A stretch of DNA of 61,382 nucleotides, the filler included, from Chiloscyllium plagiosum (Eukaryota), in assembly GCF_004010195.1 (NCBI RefSeq). It is 3 parts of one record of this genome, joined end to end, with 100 filler letters (N's around TTAATTAATTAA, not from the genome) between each part and the next. Parts side by side here need not be neighbours in the genome. Positions count along the whole stretch, not along the records: positions 1 to 20,839 come from NC_057710.1; 2 more parts are not named here. One strand, 5' to 3'. Positions within the stretch are counted from its first letter, which is position 1. The number at the start of each line of letters is the position of its first letter. The notes under the pieces were generated by a model. That model saw nothing but the letters and a program-made list of their open reading frames with translations, made no database searches and was not told the DNA's origin. The translations under genes and the position numbers were made by a program. Positions 1-12,160 of the stretch are shown piece by piece.

Positions 1-2033
1 CTGAGATCTCCTTACAAGTTTGTTTCTCAATTTCCCTCTGACTATTAGGGGGTCTATCATACAATCCCAATAAGGTGATCATCCCTTTCCTATTTCTCAG
101 TTCCACCCAAATAACTTCCCTGGATGTATTTCCAGGAATATCCTCCCCCAGCACAGCTGTAATGCTATCCCTTATCAAAAATGCCACTCCCCCTCCTCTT
201 TTGCCTCTCTTTCGATCCTTCCTGTAGCATTTGTATCCTGGAACATTAAGCTGCCAGTCCTGCCCATCCCTGAGCTATGGTTCTGTAATTGCTATGATAT
301 CCCAGTCCCATGTTCCTAACCATGCCCTGAGTTCATCTGCCTTCCCTGTTAGGCCCCTTGCATTGAAATAAATGCAGTTTAATTTATTCGTCCTACCTTG
401 TCCCTGCCTGCCCTGACTGTTTGATTCACTTCTGTTCTCAACTGTACCAGTCTCAGATTGATCTCTTTCCTCATTATCTCAGTGGGTCCTACCTCCCACC
501 TTACAAGTTTAAATCCTCCTAAGCAGTTCTAGCAAATTTCCCTGCCAGTATATTAGTCCCCTTCCAATTTAGGTGCAATCCGTCCTTCTTGTACAGGTCA
601 CTTCTATCCCAAAAGATATTCCAATGATACAAAAATGTGAATCCTTCACCCATACACCAGATCCTCAGCCATGCATTCATCTGCTCTATCCTCCTATTCC
701 TGCTCTCACTAGCTCGTAGCACCGGGAGTTGTCCAGATAGTACTACTCTTGAGGAACTCCTTTTTAAATTTCTGCCCAACTCTCTGTAATCTCCCTTCAG
801 AGTCTCAACCTTTTCCCTTCCAATGTTGTTGGTTCCAATGTGGACAATGACCTCCTGCTGGCCCCTCTCTCCCGTGAGAACATTCTGCACCCTCTCTGAG
901 ACATCCTTGATCCTGGCACCAGGGAAACAACACACCATTCTGTTTTTTCTCTGCTGGCCACAGAAACGTCTGTCTGTATCTCGGACTACAGAATCCCCTA
1001 ACAAAATTGATCTCTTGGAAGCCGACGTACCCCTCGTTGCATTAGAGCCAGTCTCAATACCAGAAACTTGGCTGTTTGTGCTACGTTCCCTTGAGAATCC
1101 ATCACCTCCTACATTTTGCAAAACAGCATACCTGTTTGAAATGGGTATATCCACAAAAGACTCCTACCATAGGTGCTCACCTCTCTTCTCCTTCCTGGAG
1201 TTAATCCATCTATGTGACTGTATCTGAGACTTTCCCCCCTTCCTATAACTGCAACATACTGTTGCTGTTGCAAATTCCTCATCGCTTCTATCTGTCTCTC
1301 CAACCCATCCACTCGATCTGATAAGACTCGCATCCAACAGCATTTATGGCAGATATAATCCGCAGTAACCCTTAAACTCTCTTTAAACTCCCACATCTGA
1401 CAAGAAGTACATATCACTGCAAAGGCCATTTTTGCTCTTTCACAATCTACAGACCCAGAAAATAACACCGTCTTATTCCTCTACAAAACAATGCACCAGG
1501 TTAAATTAATAGCTGTGGCTTATATTTTAAGTTTAATCAAGAGACTTATCTCCAAAAACATATAATCAAGAAAGAACCCATTGTACTCACTAATGTAGCC
1601 TTTCTCTTGGACAGACTTAAAACAACAATTAACTTATCGGATTCTGTGCTGTGAACTTCGCCCAAACAGGTTCCTCCAAGATTAGTTGTGAAATTCACTG
1701 TTTGTTAATTTTCCCAGATGAACTCCAATGTCCAGCGACACATGAATTCAAAAACAGCAAAGAGAGTAACTCTGCAGGTTCTCTCTCTCTCTCTCTTTCT
1801 CCTGCACTGTCCTCACCATGTGCTTCCTTTGTCTGCTCTTCTCCCTTTTAAAACTGCTGTTGTTTTGACTTTTTTTCCCAAAGTTCCAAAACAATGCAAA
1901 AGTATATAAAACAGTAATTGCTGCTCCTGGAATTCGAGGAAATCACCTCCAGCACCTAAAATACCTCAAAAAAAGGAGCAGCTCTTACAGCTAGAAATTT
2001 TTCCCATCCTCCATCTTGGATTACCCAGAATCC
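1..2033 (-). mobile_element. CR1/HER1-type LINE, 5' part (5'UTR, ORF1, start of ORF2 APE endonuclease)
   Basis: ORF1 remnant at 519-1429. From about 380 to 1 the minus strand reads as APE (CIYFNARGLTGKADELRAWL...RGGGVAFLI...YDRPP). The 5' end is GGATTCTGGGTAATCCAAGATGG. Confidence 0.92.
519..1429 (-). pseudogene. CR1 ORF1p (zinc finger/leucine zipper plus SGNH esterase domain), frameshifted
   Basis: Two overlapping ORFs. The first has CTSC...CHKC and a coiled coil (LSDRVDGLERQIEAMRNL). The second has the SGNH blocks LLGDS, FPGAR, HIGTNN and DGLH. Confidence 0.9.
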
Positions 2034-2084
2034 TATTTCTAAGGTGGAAGAATGGCACTAAATAAATTGCTATTTAGGCAGACA

Positions 2085-3690
2085 GTGCAAACCTGATGGC
2101 TCCAATTTCAACCCTGCTGTCACCTTCATCTAGTCCATTTCTGACTTCTCCCTTCTCTTCCTCGACATCTCTGTTTCCATTTCTGGGCATAGGCTGACCA
2201 CCAATATGCACTACAAACTCACCAACTCCCATAGTTGCCTTGACTATATAACCCTTACAGCCTGCTTCCTGTAAGGATTCCATTTCATTCTCCCAATTTC
2301 TCCTTCTCTGTCACATCAGTTCTAAAAATGCCATCTGTGGCATTGGGGAGGCATCTCAGAAACATCCACGTTTTCCCTCAACTGAGAATTATCCACACTG
2401 TGGTTGACATGGCCCTCAGCCAGGTCCAACCCATTTCCTGCACTTCAGCACTCACCCCTTTTTCTTCCCTCCCATAACAGGGACCCTGGTCCTCATTTAC
2501 CATCCCACCAGCATCCACATCCAAAGGATGATAAAGTGCCATTTTCGTCATCTCCACTAGGATGCGACCACCAGACAGATTCCCGTCTCCTCTCTTGTCA
2601 GCATTCCATAGGGACCATTCTCTCTAGGACACCTTGGTTCTCTCCTCTTCCATTCCCAACATCCTGCCACATCTCTGTAGCACCTTCCCATGTAATCACA
2701 GAACGTGTAATACCTGCCTGTTTACCTACTCCCTTCTCACTATCTAAGGCCCCAACAAACCTTCTAGGTGAAGCAACAATTTACCTGCACTTTATTCAAT
2801 CTAGTCTACTGTGTTTAATGCTCACAATGTGGACTGTTCTGCAGTGGGAAAATGAAAAACCGACTGGGTGACTGTTTTAAAGAACTACATTCTATCTGTA
2901 AAAATTACCCTGAGCTTCCTGTTTCATGATACTACAACACACCACTGTGTTCCCACATCAACATTTCTGACACAGGCCTGTTGCAGTGTTCCAGCAACCC
3001 TAAGCGCAGGTCATACTCTCAACGGCATCTCATTTTTAGCTTGGATACTCTGTGACCTTCAGGACTCAATAATGAGTTCAATAATTTTAGAACATGAACA
3101 CCTTATTCCTTGAGTTTTACCTAATCTGACACCCATTATATGGGTGTCATTATATGGACTGCCTTACGCAGATAACACATTTTCACCTACTTATGGGTCT
3201 CCATTATCAGCTTTTCTTTCTCCCTGCCTTACCAATATCCATCCCTTTGTCTGACTAACTTGTTGTGCTTTTCGAGCACCACACTCTCGTTTCCAATATC
3301 CATCCCTTTGTCTGCCTAACTGCTGTTCTTTGAGGAGAAAGTGAGGTCTGCAGATGCTGGAGATCAGAGCTGGAAATGTGTTGCTGGAAAAGCGCAGCAG
3401 GTCAGGCAGCATCCAGGGAACAGGAGAATCAACATTTCGGGCATAAGCCCGAAACGTCGATTCTCCTGTTCCCTGGATGCTGCCTGACCTGCTGCGCTTT
3501 TCCAGCAACACATTTCCAGCTAACTGCTGTTCTTACTGTCTGGGCTCCTTCCCCAAAATAAACCCATCTTCAGCATATATACCACCTTTTCTTACCTATT
3601 ATTAGTTCAGAAGAAGGATCACTTGACCTGAAACTTTCTCCAAAGATGGTGCCAGGCCTGAGTTACTCCAGCAATTTCTGGTTTTGCCCA
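2085..3690 (+). mobile_element. Degenerate Penelope-like element (RT C-terminus, GIY-YIG endonuclease, 3' tail)
   Basis: Broken frames read FLDISVSISGHRLTTNMHYKLTNSHSCLDY and VKQQFTCTLFNLVYCV*CSQCGL. A decayed hammerhead-like tail (ttcagaagaaggatcacttgacctgaaac) lies near 3606-3634. Confidence 0.8.
3331..3519. mobile_element. Palindromic non-autonomous PLE derivative (MER6-like)
   Basis: Inverted arms centred on tttcgggc-ataa-gcccgaaa. 15-bp TSD ctaactgctgttctt at 3316-3330 and 3520-3534. Confidence 0.88.
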
Positions 3691-3901
3691 TAAAATAATG
3701 TTGATAAAGGCATGAACCCTTTTCAGTTAGAAACCATTTGGCGATGTTCTGTGAATAATAATAGGTATTTTGCTGTTCTGACCAAAGGCACAGTTATGGA
3801 TTTAAATTTAGGAGGTCTTGAGAAAAACCATTTACAAGAAATATGACCAGCTGCACATTGATTACTCAGATGAACACAGTACAAATGCTGGGCACACACA
3901 C

Positions 3902-4050
3902 CTGTCGAATACTGATCGCATCAAGCTGCTGAGGAAGGGAATGTTTGCGGCCTCCTCGCGCTGGCTTTTCTAACATGTCACAACTTGCCTCACCATTTTC
4001 CACTATCAGCTCATCATCTTCACCCACAGATTCTAAGCGGCTCCCTCCGC
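3902..4050 (-). CDS. Internal coding exon (149 nt, phase 1 to 0) of an unidentified host gene
   Basis: Acceptor tctcactctgcttttttgacag and donor CAG/gtgtgt. Open frame GGSRLESVGEDDELIVENGEASCDMLEKPARGGRKHSLPQQLDAISIRQ. CpGs are retained, the sequence is non-repetitive, and the phase matches exon 6798-6909. Confidence 0.8.
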
Positions 4051-5871
4051 CTGTCAAAAAAGCAGAGTGAGAATCAGAGAGGAAATTGTATGCATTTGAT
4101 AGAGAAATTTAGTTAGCAGCCTATGTCAGGGATTTGGGTTGATCCCTACAATTTTGTGGCAATTAATTTATGGAGCTGTATGCCCAAGTTCATACAATGC
4201 TTTTTTGACAAGAAAGATTTGCAGAAGCATGGATTTAGAAATGAGCCCAGTTTCTCAGTTACAATGTGATCGTTGAGCTGCAAACATCAACAGTGCAATT
4301 AATGCAGATAAAGCATGGCTATGTCAGAGTTTCAGACAAATAGGGATGGACTATCAATGCTGGCCAACCAGCAGTGCCCAAGTCCCACAAATGAACAAGT
4401 GTCAGTCCAATCTGTTAGGGTGAAGCACTAGTCCAGACAACCCATTTGGAACCCAGAATAATTCCAGTGTTGAAGAATGAATCTAAAGATAAAACAAACA
4501 TGAATTCTAATTGGTACTATTCCTTGAGAAGATGCAACAAAACAGAACAAGTGACTCAATGTAGCCATTTCTCATGTAGTATTTGTTTTATTGTTAAATA
4601 AAAATTACAAATTAGAAAATGATACATTTACACAAAAACATTCAAGACATTTTTACACAAGATGCAGTTTCAGACAAATTCACAAACAGATGTAATTCAG
4701 ATAATCACCAGATGAAATTAATATGTGAATGAAAGTGTCATGGAGTGAGGTAGCAGCCTTAACAATTACAAAATGCTTCTGTTCTGCAGCTGAATTTGAA
4801 ACAAGTTCATCTCAAGCAAAAGATTATGCTTTACATATGATTAAATGCCAGTTCTAAACCAGAAAAGTAGCCATTAGACATCTGTATAAAGGAAGATCAT
4901 TAGCAACTTACTTTTACAAAACTACAGAAACCCAATGACTGCTAACACTTTGTTACCCATCTGCTCCTCCAATCACAGGCTGCTTTTCTCCAACATTTAC
5001 AGCTAATAGCTAGTTGACCTATCAGCAGTAAAAGTGGGAGATGAACAGTTATTAGAGGAGCAGCTTCCTCCCCACTTCTCTCCGTTCTATTTCTCCAATT
5101 GGTCACCCAATGACTGAATTTTCCAGATGAATTTGGGACATGTGGAGCAAATTTAACTTCCAATCCTCATGTATTTTGATAATTGGTGGCCATGGGACGT
5201 TTAATGTTCTGAGAGAGGAGAGGGGAAGAATTGAATTGAGTCAAGCAGTATACTGGGGGAGGGTTGTGTGGAATGTAACTCTAATACCCAACAATATCCC
5301 AGTTTTCTATAACGTACAGAAACACTGGATAAATTTTTATACACTTGGCATGTCTCTTACCTCCAGATGTAATTTTCTCAGAATTGAAGTTACTTGAAAT
5401 TATTCAAGGATAAGTTGCATGTGGTTTAGAACGTGTTGCATCTTACGCATTTTTGGCTCAGTGCTAGTTGCATAGAGCTTTTGTTTTGGAGGGTTTTTCA
5501 ATATAAGGTGTCCTCTCATCTAATCCTATCCCCACCTTACCATGTGCCATTCCCAGAACAACCCGTCAATGAAGTATGTCCCAGAATTGTCTGGTATCCC
5601 TGACACTGGTGCTATCTTAATAGGCCATTGCACATCCAGTCAAGCACTATTAGTCTGGGGTCACACTGTATGATTCCTGACATTTGCCTCTGACAAGGTA
5701 GAGGAGGACAGTTTGGTGCCCCACTTTTGTGGATGGGCCCCTGGAAAACCTGCTGGATGGGGTGCTCCATAGGCATTATGTCCTCTTTCTCTGGACAAGC
5801 AGAGGAGGCCATAACATTAGACCCTGCCAGCCTGGTCCAAAGTTTCCATCTGGATCAGTGCAGTCTCAGCT

Positions 5872-6530
5872 AAACACATGAACAAGGACCAAAAGTAGGC
5901 CATTCAGCCCTTTGAGCCTACTCTGCCATTCAATAAGATCACAGCTGATCTGATTTTAACCTCAACTCTACATTCCTGCGTATTCCCAATAATGTTTCAT
6001 CCCCTTCATAATCAAGAATGTATCAACATCTGCCTTAAAAATATTTAACGATTCCACTGTCTTTTAAAGAAGGGAATTCCAATGACTCATAACCCTCTGA
6101 AAGGAAAAACAGTTTCCTCATCTCTGTCTTAACTGGGCGCTCTGTCGTTTTTAAACTATGACTCCTAGTTTTACATTCTCTCAAGGAAACATGCTTTCAG
6201 CATTGACCTGGTCAAGATCCATCAGGATATTGTATGTTTAAAATAAATGACCTCTGACTCTTCTAAACGCCACAGGATACAGGCCTAGCTTGTTTAGCAT
6301 TTCCTCATAAGGCAATTCACTTATTCCAAGAAATAGTCTAGTAAACATCTGAACAGTTTCTAATAGATTAACATCCTTCTAGAAATATGGCAACCAGTAC
6401 CAAACTCTGCATGTGGTTTCACCAATTCCCATAAAACTGAAGCATAACATCCTTGCATTCAATTCCCCTCGCAATAAATCATAATATTCTATTAGTTTTC
6501 CTGATTACTTGCTGAATCTGCATTCTAACC
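5872..6530 (-). mobile_element. CR1 LINE 3' fragment (old)
   Basis: CR1 3'UTR signature (gtaggccattcagccc...gccattcaataagatc) and degenerate ORF2 C-terminus. Confidence 0.8.
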
Positions 6531-6546
6531 TTCAGTGTCTATCTCA

Positions 6547-6736
6547 AGGAATGCACAGCAATGTAGTAGGAGGGTCAATGACTCTGCAGGCATAAGTTCC
6601 TCCATGAGACTTAGCGGGAGGTGGGTACAGCAGCGGACATAAAGTGAGTGAGAGATATTTGAGGGAATGTTGTGGCACTTATGCCAGCAGAGTGGAAAAG
6701 GTAATTGATCCTCTTCTTACATTGCTGTGCATTCCT
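6547..6736. repeat. Long imperfect inverted repeat (hairpin)
   Basis: aggaatgcacagcaatgta (6547-6565) is a perfect 19-bp inverse of 6718-6736. actctgcaggcataagt (6581-6597) matches the inverse of 6677-6693 at 16/17. The loop is about 80 nt. Confidence 0.9.
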
Positions 6737-6797
6737 CCACAACAAACAAACACATGGTTAACAAAACACTGATAATGGCAGTAAGTACATTGCCTAC

Positions 6798-6909
6798 CTT
6801 GAGATCTGCTCCTGAATTTTGTTACACTGCCGCCTGGTGTTGGACTTCGACAACTGAACTGAGGCATTTCTACACGCTCATGGTAATCGCCTTTCTCAGT
6901 TTCTGAAGC
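6798..6909 (-). CDS. Internal coding exon (112 nt, phase 0 to 1) of the same unidentified gene
   Basis: Acceptor ttttttggccttgtacaccag and donor AAG/gtaggc. Frame ASETEKGDYHERVEMPQFSCRSPTPGGSVTKFRSRSQ(G) splices in frame to exon 3902-4050. Confidence 0.78.
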
Positions 6910-6954
6910 CTGGTGTACAAGGCCAAAAAATACAAAAATAGTAAGTAAAAGAAA

Positions 6955-7345
6955 GCCACTTGCTTTTATGCAGCAATTTTCATGACCTCGAGGGATCAAA
7001 GCACTTCCGTGACAATGAAATACTTTTGAGGTGCAGCCTCTGTGGAAGCATATCAGTCAATTTATGCACAATGTGTTCCCACAGGATAATGTAAACTTGC
7101 AATTTAATTAAGGAATGAATATTGACCAGGATACCAAGGAAGAGCTCCCACTCTCTTCATGATTGCATAAGTGGGAGGGTGATGCATCAGTTTAAAGTCT
7201 CTCCTGTAAAACAACACCTCAAGCATTGCAGCACTACCTCTGTATTAAACTGGAGGTTTATCCTTGATTTTTCAACTGGTACTTGAAATGGTAATTGAAC
7301 ACACAACCTTCTGACTTAGAACTACAGTTGGTACCTAATGGCTGC
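6955..7345 (-). mobile_element. DeuSINE (SacSINE1/AmnSINE-like), degenerate
   Basis: Tail-like aatgaaatacttttgaggtgcag, Deu-domain-like cagtttaaagtctctcctgtaaaacaacacctc...gcagcactacctc, and tRNA-head-like ttgaacacacaaccttctgact. Confidence 0.65.
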
Positions 7346-7683
7346 TAATCGCGATCATAATCATGTCTTTCATTTTTATTGAGTTTATACCCCTTTACTT
7401 TGATTAATTTACTTTATATTAAAGAACATTATCACACATAGTTTGTTAAGAAATATTCAAGAAGAGACTATACGTTGCTCATAATAGCCATAGTAAAATA
7501 CTGCAGAGAGTGGAACTTCATTAGACTAGACAGCATGTCAACTTTAATAATTTCTTTACAGAACACATGAGAGATGAGATGTCATTCCACAATAAAATAA
7601 TATTTTGTAGCTGTCACCCTAGATGAAAATTTTGATTTCACTTCAATTTTAAGCATTGTGCATTTGCTCATTCTCATTTTATG

Positions 7684-8578
7684 GAACATAGAACATAAAA
7701 CAATACAACACAGTACAGGCCCTTTGGCCCTCAATGTTGTGCTGACCTTTTATCCTATTCTGAGATCAAACTAACCTATAAACCCTTCAATTTACTATCA
7801 TCCATGTGCCTATCCAAGAGTGGCTTAAATGTCCCTAATGTATCTGACTCTAATACCACCGCTGGCAGTGCATTCCACACATCCACCACTCTCTGTGTAA
7901 AGAACCGACCTCTGACATCTCCCCTAAACCTTTCTCCTATCAACCTTAAAATTATGCCTTCTTGAGATAGCCATTTCCACCATGGAAAAAAGTCTCTGAC
8001 TATGCATTCTGTCTATGCCTCTCAGCATCTTGTACACCTCCATCAAGTGATCTCTTACCCTTCTTCACTCCAATGAGAAATGACCTAGCTCCCCCAACCT
8101 TTCTTCATAAGACATACCCTCCGTTCCAGGCAGCATCCTGGTAAATCTCCTCCGCACTCTCTCTAAAGCTTCCACATCCTTCCGATAATGAGACGACCAG
8201 AACTGAACACAATATCCCGAGTACGGTCTAACCAGAGCTCTATAGAGCTGCAGCATAACCTCATGGCTCTTAAACTCAATCCCCCTGCTAATAATGGCCA
8301 ATACACCATATGCCTTCTTAACAACCCTATCAACTTCGGTGGCAACTTTGAGGGATCTATGGACATGGACCCCAAGATCCTTCTGTTCCTCCACACTGTC
8401 AAGAATCCTGCCTTTAACAGTGTATTCTGCATTCAAATTCAACCTTCCAAAATAAATCACTTCTCACTTTTCCAGGTTGAACTCCATTGCCACTTCTCAG
8501 ACGAATTCTGCATCTTATCAATGTCCTGTTGCTACCTACAATAGACCTCCACACTATCTACCACTCCACCAACCTTCA
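7684..8578 (-). mobile_element. CR1 LINE 3' fragment
   Basis: ORF 8065-8460 (KDLGVHVH...LYRALVRP...YCVQFWS...LERVRRRFTRMLPG) and a (ttctatg)n-type tail. Confidence 0.93.
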
Positions 8579-8579
8579 A

Positions 8580-9980
8580 GTAATTTATAAAAATCACAAA
8601 GAGCATAAACTAAAACTAGTACAACTAACCTACTAATAATTACATATAAAAACAACAGTCTCAACCAAATACAAGGCACTTAGTGAGGGGCTCTACCCCT
8701 GCCCACAGGGGGCACTTACATCTCTCAAAAACACCTTCACAACTCCTTCCAGCTTGAGCCGCAGCCCAGGCTCAGGCCAAAATAAGGAGAGAAGAAAAAA
8801 ATTTTAACAAGGAAATTAAAAGTAGACACTCTACCCATCCCCAAATATACATTAACATCCATTAATATCAGACAAAAAGTCAGCAATGTTTTCTTTAAGA
8901 AAAGGTAAGAGAGAAAATGAAAAAGAAACATTATTGTCCACATCCTTTAAGTTATCTGATCTATTTTAAAGAGTCCAAAAAATGTTTCACTTTATCTGAA
9001 GAGTCGAATGAGTGCACAGACCCCATCATAAGTGAAACAAAGCACTGCCAGAAACCTCAGGGAATATTGGATACCAAGGTCTCTTAGCCTTCTTTTGGCT
9101 ATCAAAGGGCTTCCTTTTATGAATAACAGCTGCAGAGAAGTCCTGAAAAAAGTCTTGGATCCTTCATAATGTAGGACCTGTGGATCCTTTCCCTTTATTC
9201 TGGAGGCTTCCATAACTTTAAATTTGTCACTGTAACTGTGGAGCCACACTAGGACCATTCGAGGGTGCTGGTCTGAGCTGAGCCTGCGCACAGCGACTGG
9301 ATGGCCCTCTCAATTTTCACCTTGTCCGACGTGGTCTCCAGGCCAAGGAATTGCAGCAGCCCGCATTCAAAGAAGCTCGCTGGCTGGCCACCTTCTACTC
9401 CCTCCGACAACCCCATAATGTGGAGATTCTCCCGCCTACCTCTGTTCTCGAGATCATCGGCGTGTTCCAGTAAGGTAAGGACCTGCTTCTCCAGTACTCA
9501 AATCCTTTTCTTTGAAGAGTCGATCGTGCTCTCCGAAGCTGTGGTCCTTCTTTCAACTTCTTCCTTTTGGCGTCCAAGATCTTCCAGCTGCTCCTCGTGC
9601 TTGTGGAGCATGGCCGCGATCAGGTCCACCTACTGTGGAACATCTCCTCAACTGATGACTTGATCATGTCTTGCAGTTTAGCAAACTCCGTAGCCAGGGC
9701 CTGGTGGGTGAGTGAAGCCAATAGACTAGTGGAGGAAGCTACAGCCACGGCCGCGGAAGTGTTTGATGATTCCAGTGAGTGTCCCGTGTGTTGGGACTTG
9801 TTGGAACCTTTGCCTTTTGTCATATTTCTTTATAGGATATTGGAAAAGTTCTATAACTCTTTAAATGCTGAATTTTCACAGAAATAACTTGAATGGGGAG
9901 GTGAGAGTGGTACTTTGCCTGAGTTGAGTTGCAGAGCTCAGCAAAGCAGACTTCTCAGATCGCTGCCATCTTGGATCCCC
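8580..9980 (-). mobile_element. L1-clade LINE, 5'UTR plus disrupted ORF1, lacking ORF2
   Basis: ORF1 starts MTKGKG at 9823 and contains the L1 ORF1 motifs DDLENRGRRENLHIMGLSEG, KIERA and LGIQYSLRF. The 5' end is GGGGATCCAAGATGGC. Confidence 0.85.
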
Positions 9981-10365
9981 TTCTTGAAATCTTTCATGCT
10001 TTGGCCTCAGCTGCCTTCTGTGGTAGAAACTTCTATGGGCTAACCACTCTTGGGGTGAAGACATTTCTCATTATTTCAGTCCTAAATGGCTTAACTCATA
10101 TCCTTAAACTGTGACCCCATGGTTCTGGATTCCACAGTTTTCTGAAATATCCTTCCTGCATTAACCGTACCTAAACATATTAAAATTTTATAGGTTTCTA
10201 TGAGATCCCCCCTCATTCCTTTAAACTCCAGTGAACATGGGCCTAACCAATCCAGTCTCTCTTCATACATCAGACCTATCATCACAGGAATCAGTTTGGG
10301 AAACTTTTGTACCACTCCCTCCAGAGCCAGAACATCCTCCTCAGATAAGGAGACCAAAACTGCAC
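9981..10365 (-). mobile_element. CR1 LINE fragment
   Basis: ORF 10091-10357: LMYEERLDWLG..SLEFKGMRGDLIETYKI. Confidence 0.85.
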
Positions 10366-10369
10366 TGGT

Positions 10370-12160
10370 TTTAGCAAGGCTAAGTATGAGAAGATTCTAG
10401 CAGGTAACATAAAAGAGAATCCAGAAATCTCCTACAAGCATATGAATAACAAAAGGCTGGTTAAAAAGAGGAGTACAGCTGAGTAGAGACCGAGAAAAGG
10501 CTTTGTTTGGAGGAACAGGGTATGGCTGATATATTGAAGCATACTTTGTGACTGTCTAAACCAAGAAAATAGATGCTGCCACATCATAGTGATGGACTAA
10601 AAAATTGGAAAGAGGATGTATTTGAAACTCTCACTAATCTTGAAGTTAACAAATCACCAGACCAGATGAGATGCACCCAATGACACTGACAGAAACAACA
10701 GTGGAAGTTGTGAAGGTACTACCATAACTTTCCAAACTACCTTAGACACCGAGGACTGGAGAATTGCAAATATTACAACTTTGTTAAAAATAGGTGCAAC
10801 ATTAACCTAGTAACTACAGATCAGTCAGTTTAATCTTAATGGTAGGAAAGCTTTTAGGAAAGATAATTCAAAAGATGCTTAACAGATGCTTCAAAAAAAT
10901 TGTTAAGGAGAGGTTGATTCAGTATCGGATAACAAGCTTATTAGACTAACTTAAAGTTATTCCTCATGGAGTAAAATGGGCAGTGGCAACATAGATGGAA
11001 AAATAGCTGAATGACAAGAAACAGAAAATAGAAGTGAACTTATGTTTTTGATCTGGAAGAGAGTACACATTAGGGTTCGCCAGTGTGGGTGTTAGGACTG
11101 CTATTTTAATATTAATGACCCAGCTTTGGGTCTGCAGGGCACAATTTCAAAATTTGCAGATAACACATACTTGGAAATAGTCATAAACTTCAAGAAGACA
11201 GACAGGTTGGTAGAATGGACAGTTAAGTGGCAAATAAAATTTAATACAGAGAAATCTAAAGGGATTAATTTTAATAGAAAAACGATGAGAGGCAATAGAA
11301 AATAAAGTGTACAGTTGTAAAAGGAATGCACAGGAACTGAAACTCCCATGTACAGATTGTTCTGCTCTAGCGCGACAGTTGTGTTCCTCTGCAACCTCAT
11401 GCTATAGAAAATGGTGTTATGGAAAACCACTACAGAAAATCATGCTGTAGAAGATTGCTATAGAAAACTGCTATACCCATTCAGTTGAAAGTTTGCATTA
11501 TCCAAACAGTGTCCACAATTTGTCAATTGCGTTATAGCCAATTTGCGCTGACGAAATGTGCGTTATAGCAGAATGACTTACACATGTATGTGTGAAAATC
11601 ATTGAAGGTGGCAGGTGGTTGAGAAAAGTGATCAAAACATACTGGTTCTTGAGTTTTATATGGGAACAAAAGCACGAACAAGATAATAAAGCTGCAAAAA
11701 ATACTGATTCAGCCTTGAGCGGAGTACTTTCAGAAAGATGTGACGATGCTGGAGAAGTTGCAGAAAAGATTTAAGAGAATAGTTCCATCAATGAAGAACT
11801 TCAGTTATGTGGATAGATTGGAAAGGCAGATACTGTTCTTCTTGAAGAAGGCAAGATTCAGAGAATATTTGAGGTTTTAAAATCCTTAAGGGTCGAGACA
11901 AATTTGTTAGTGAGAAATTGTGCCCCTTGGCAAAAGGGTTGAAGACAGGAGGACACCAATTTAAGGTGTCTCTCTAAACAAGCAATGGTGACATGTTGAA
12001 AAACATTTTTCACACACTAAGTGGTTATGATTTGGAATTCACTGTCTGAGAGCATGGCAGAGGCAGATTTCAATCGTATAATTGGAACCAAGTCAGCACT
12101 ATGGCAGATTACAAATAGGCTGAATGGTTACAGCACAGGAAGCCATTCTAATATTCTATA
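10370..12160 (+). mobile_element. Old degenerate CR1 LINE
   Basis: Remnants of KSPDP/MHP, DWRIANIT.L, NYRSVSL and ISKFAD, plus the CR1 3' region. Confidence 0.8.
11352..11582. mobile_element. Tc1/mariner (Tigger-like) MITE inserted in CR1
   Basis: Imperfect TIRs cagattgttctgctctagcgcg and tgcgttatagcagaatgact; the left end follows TA. Confidence 0.55.
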
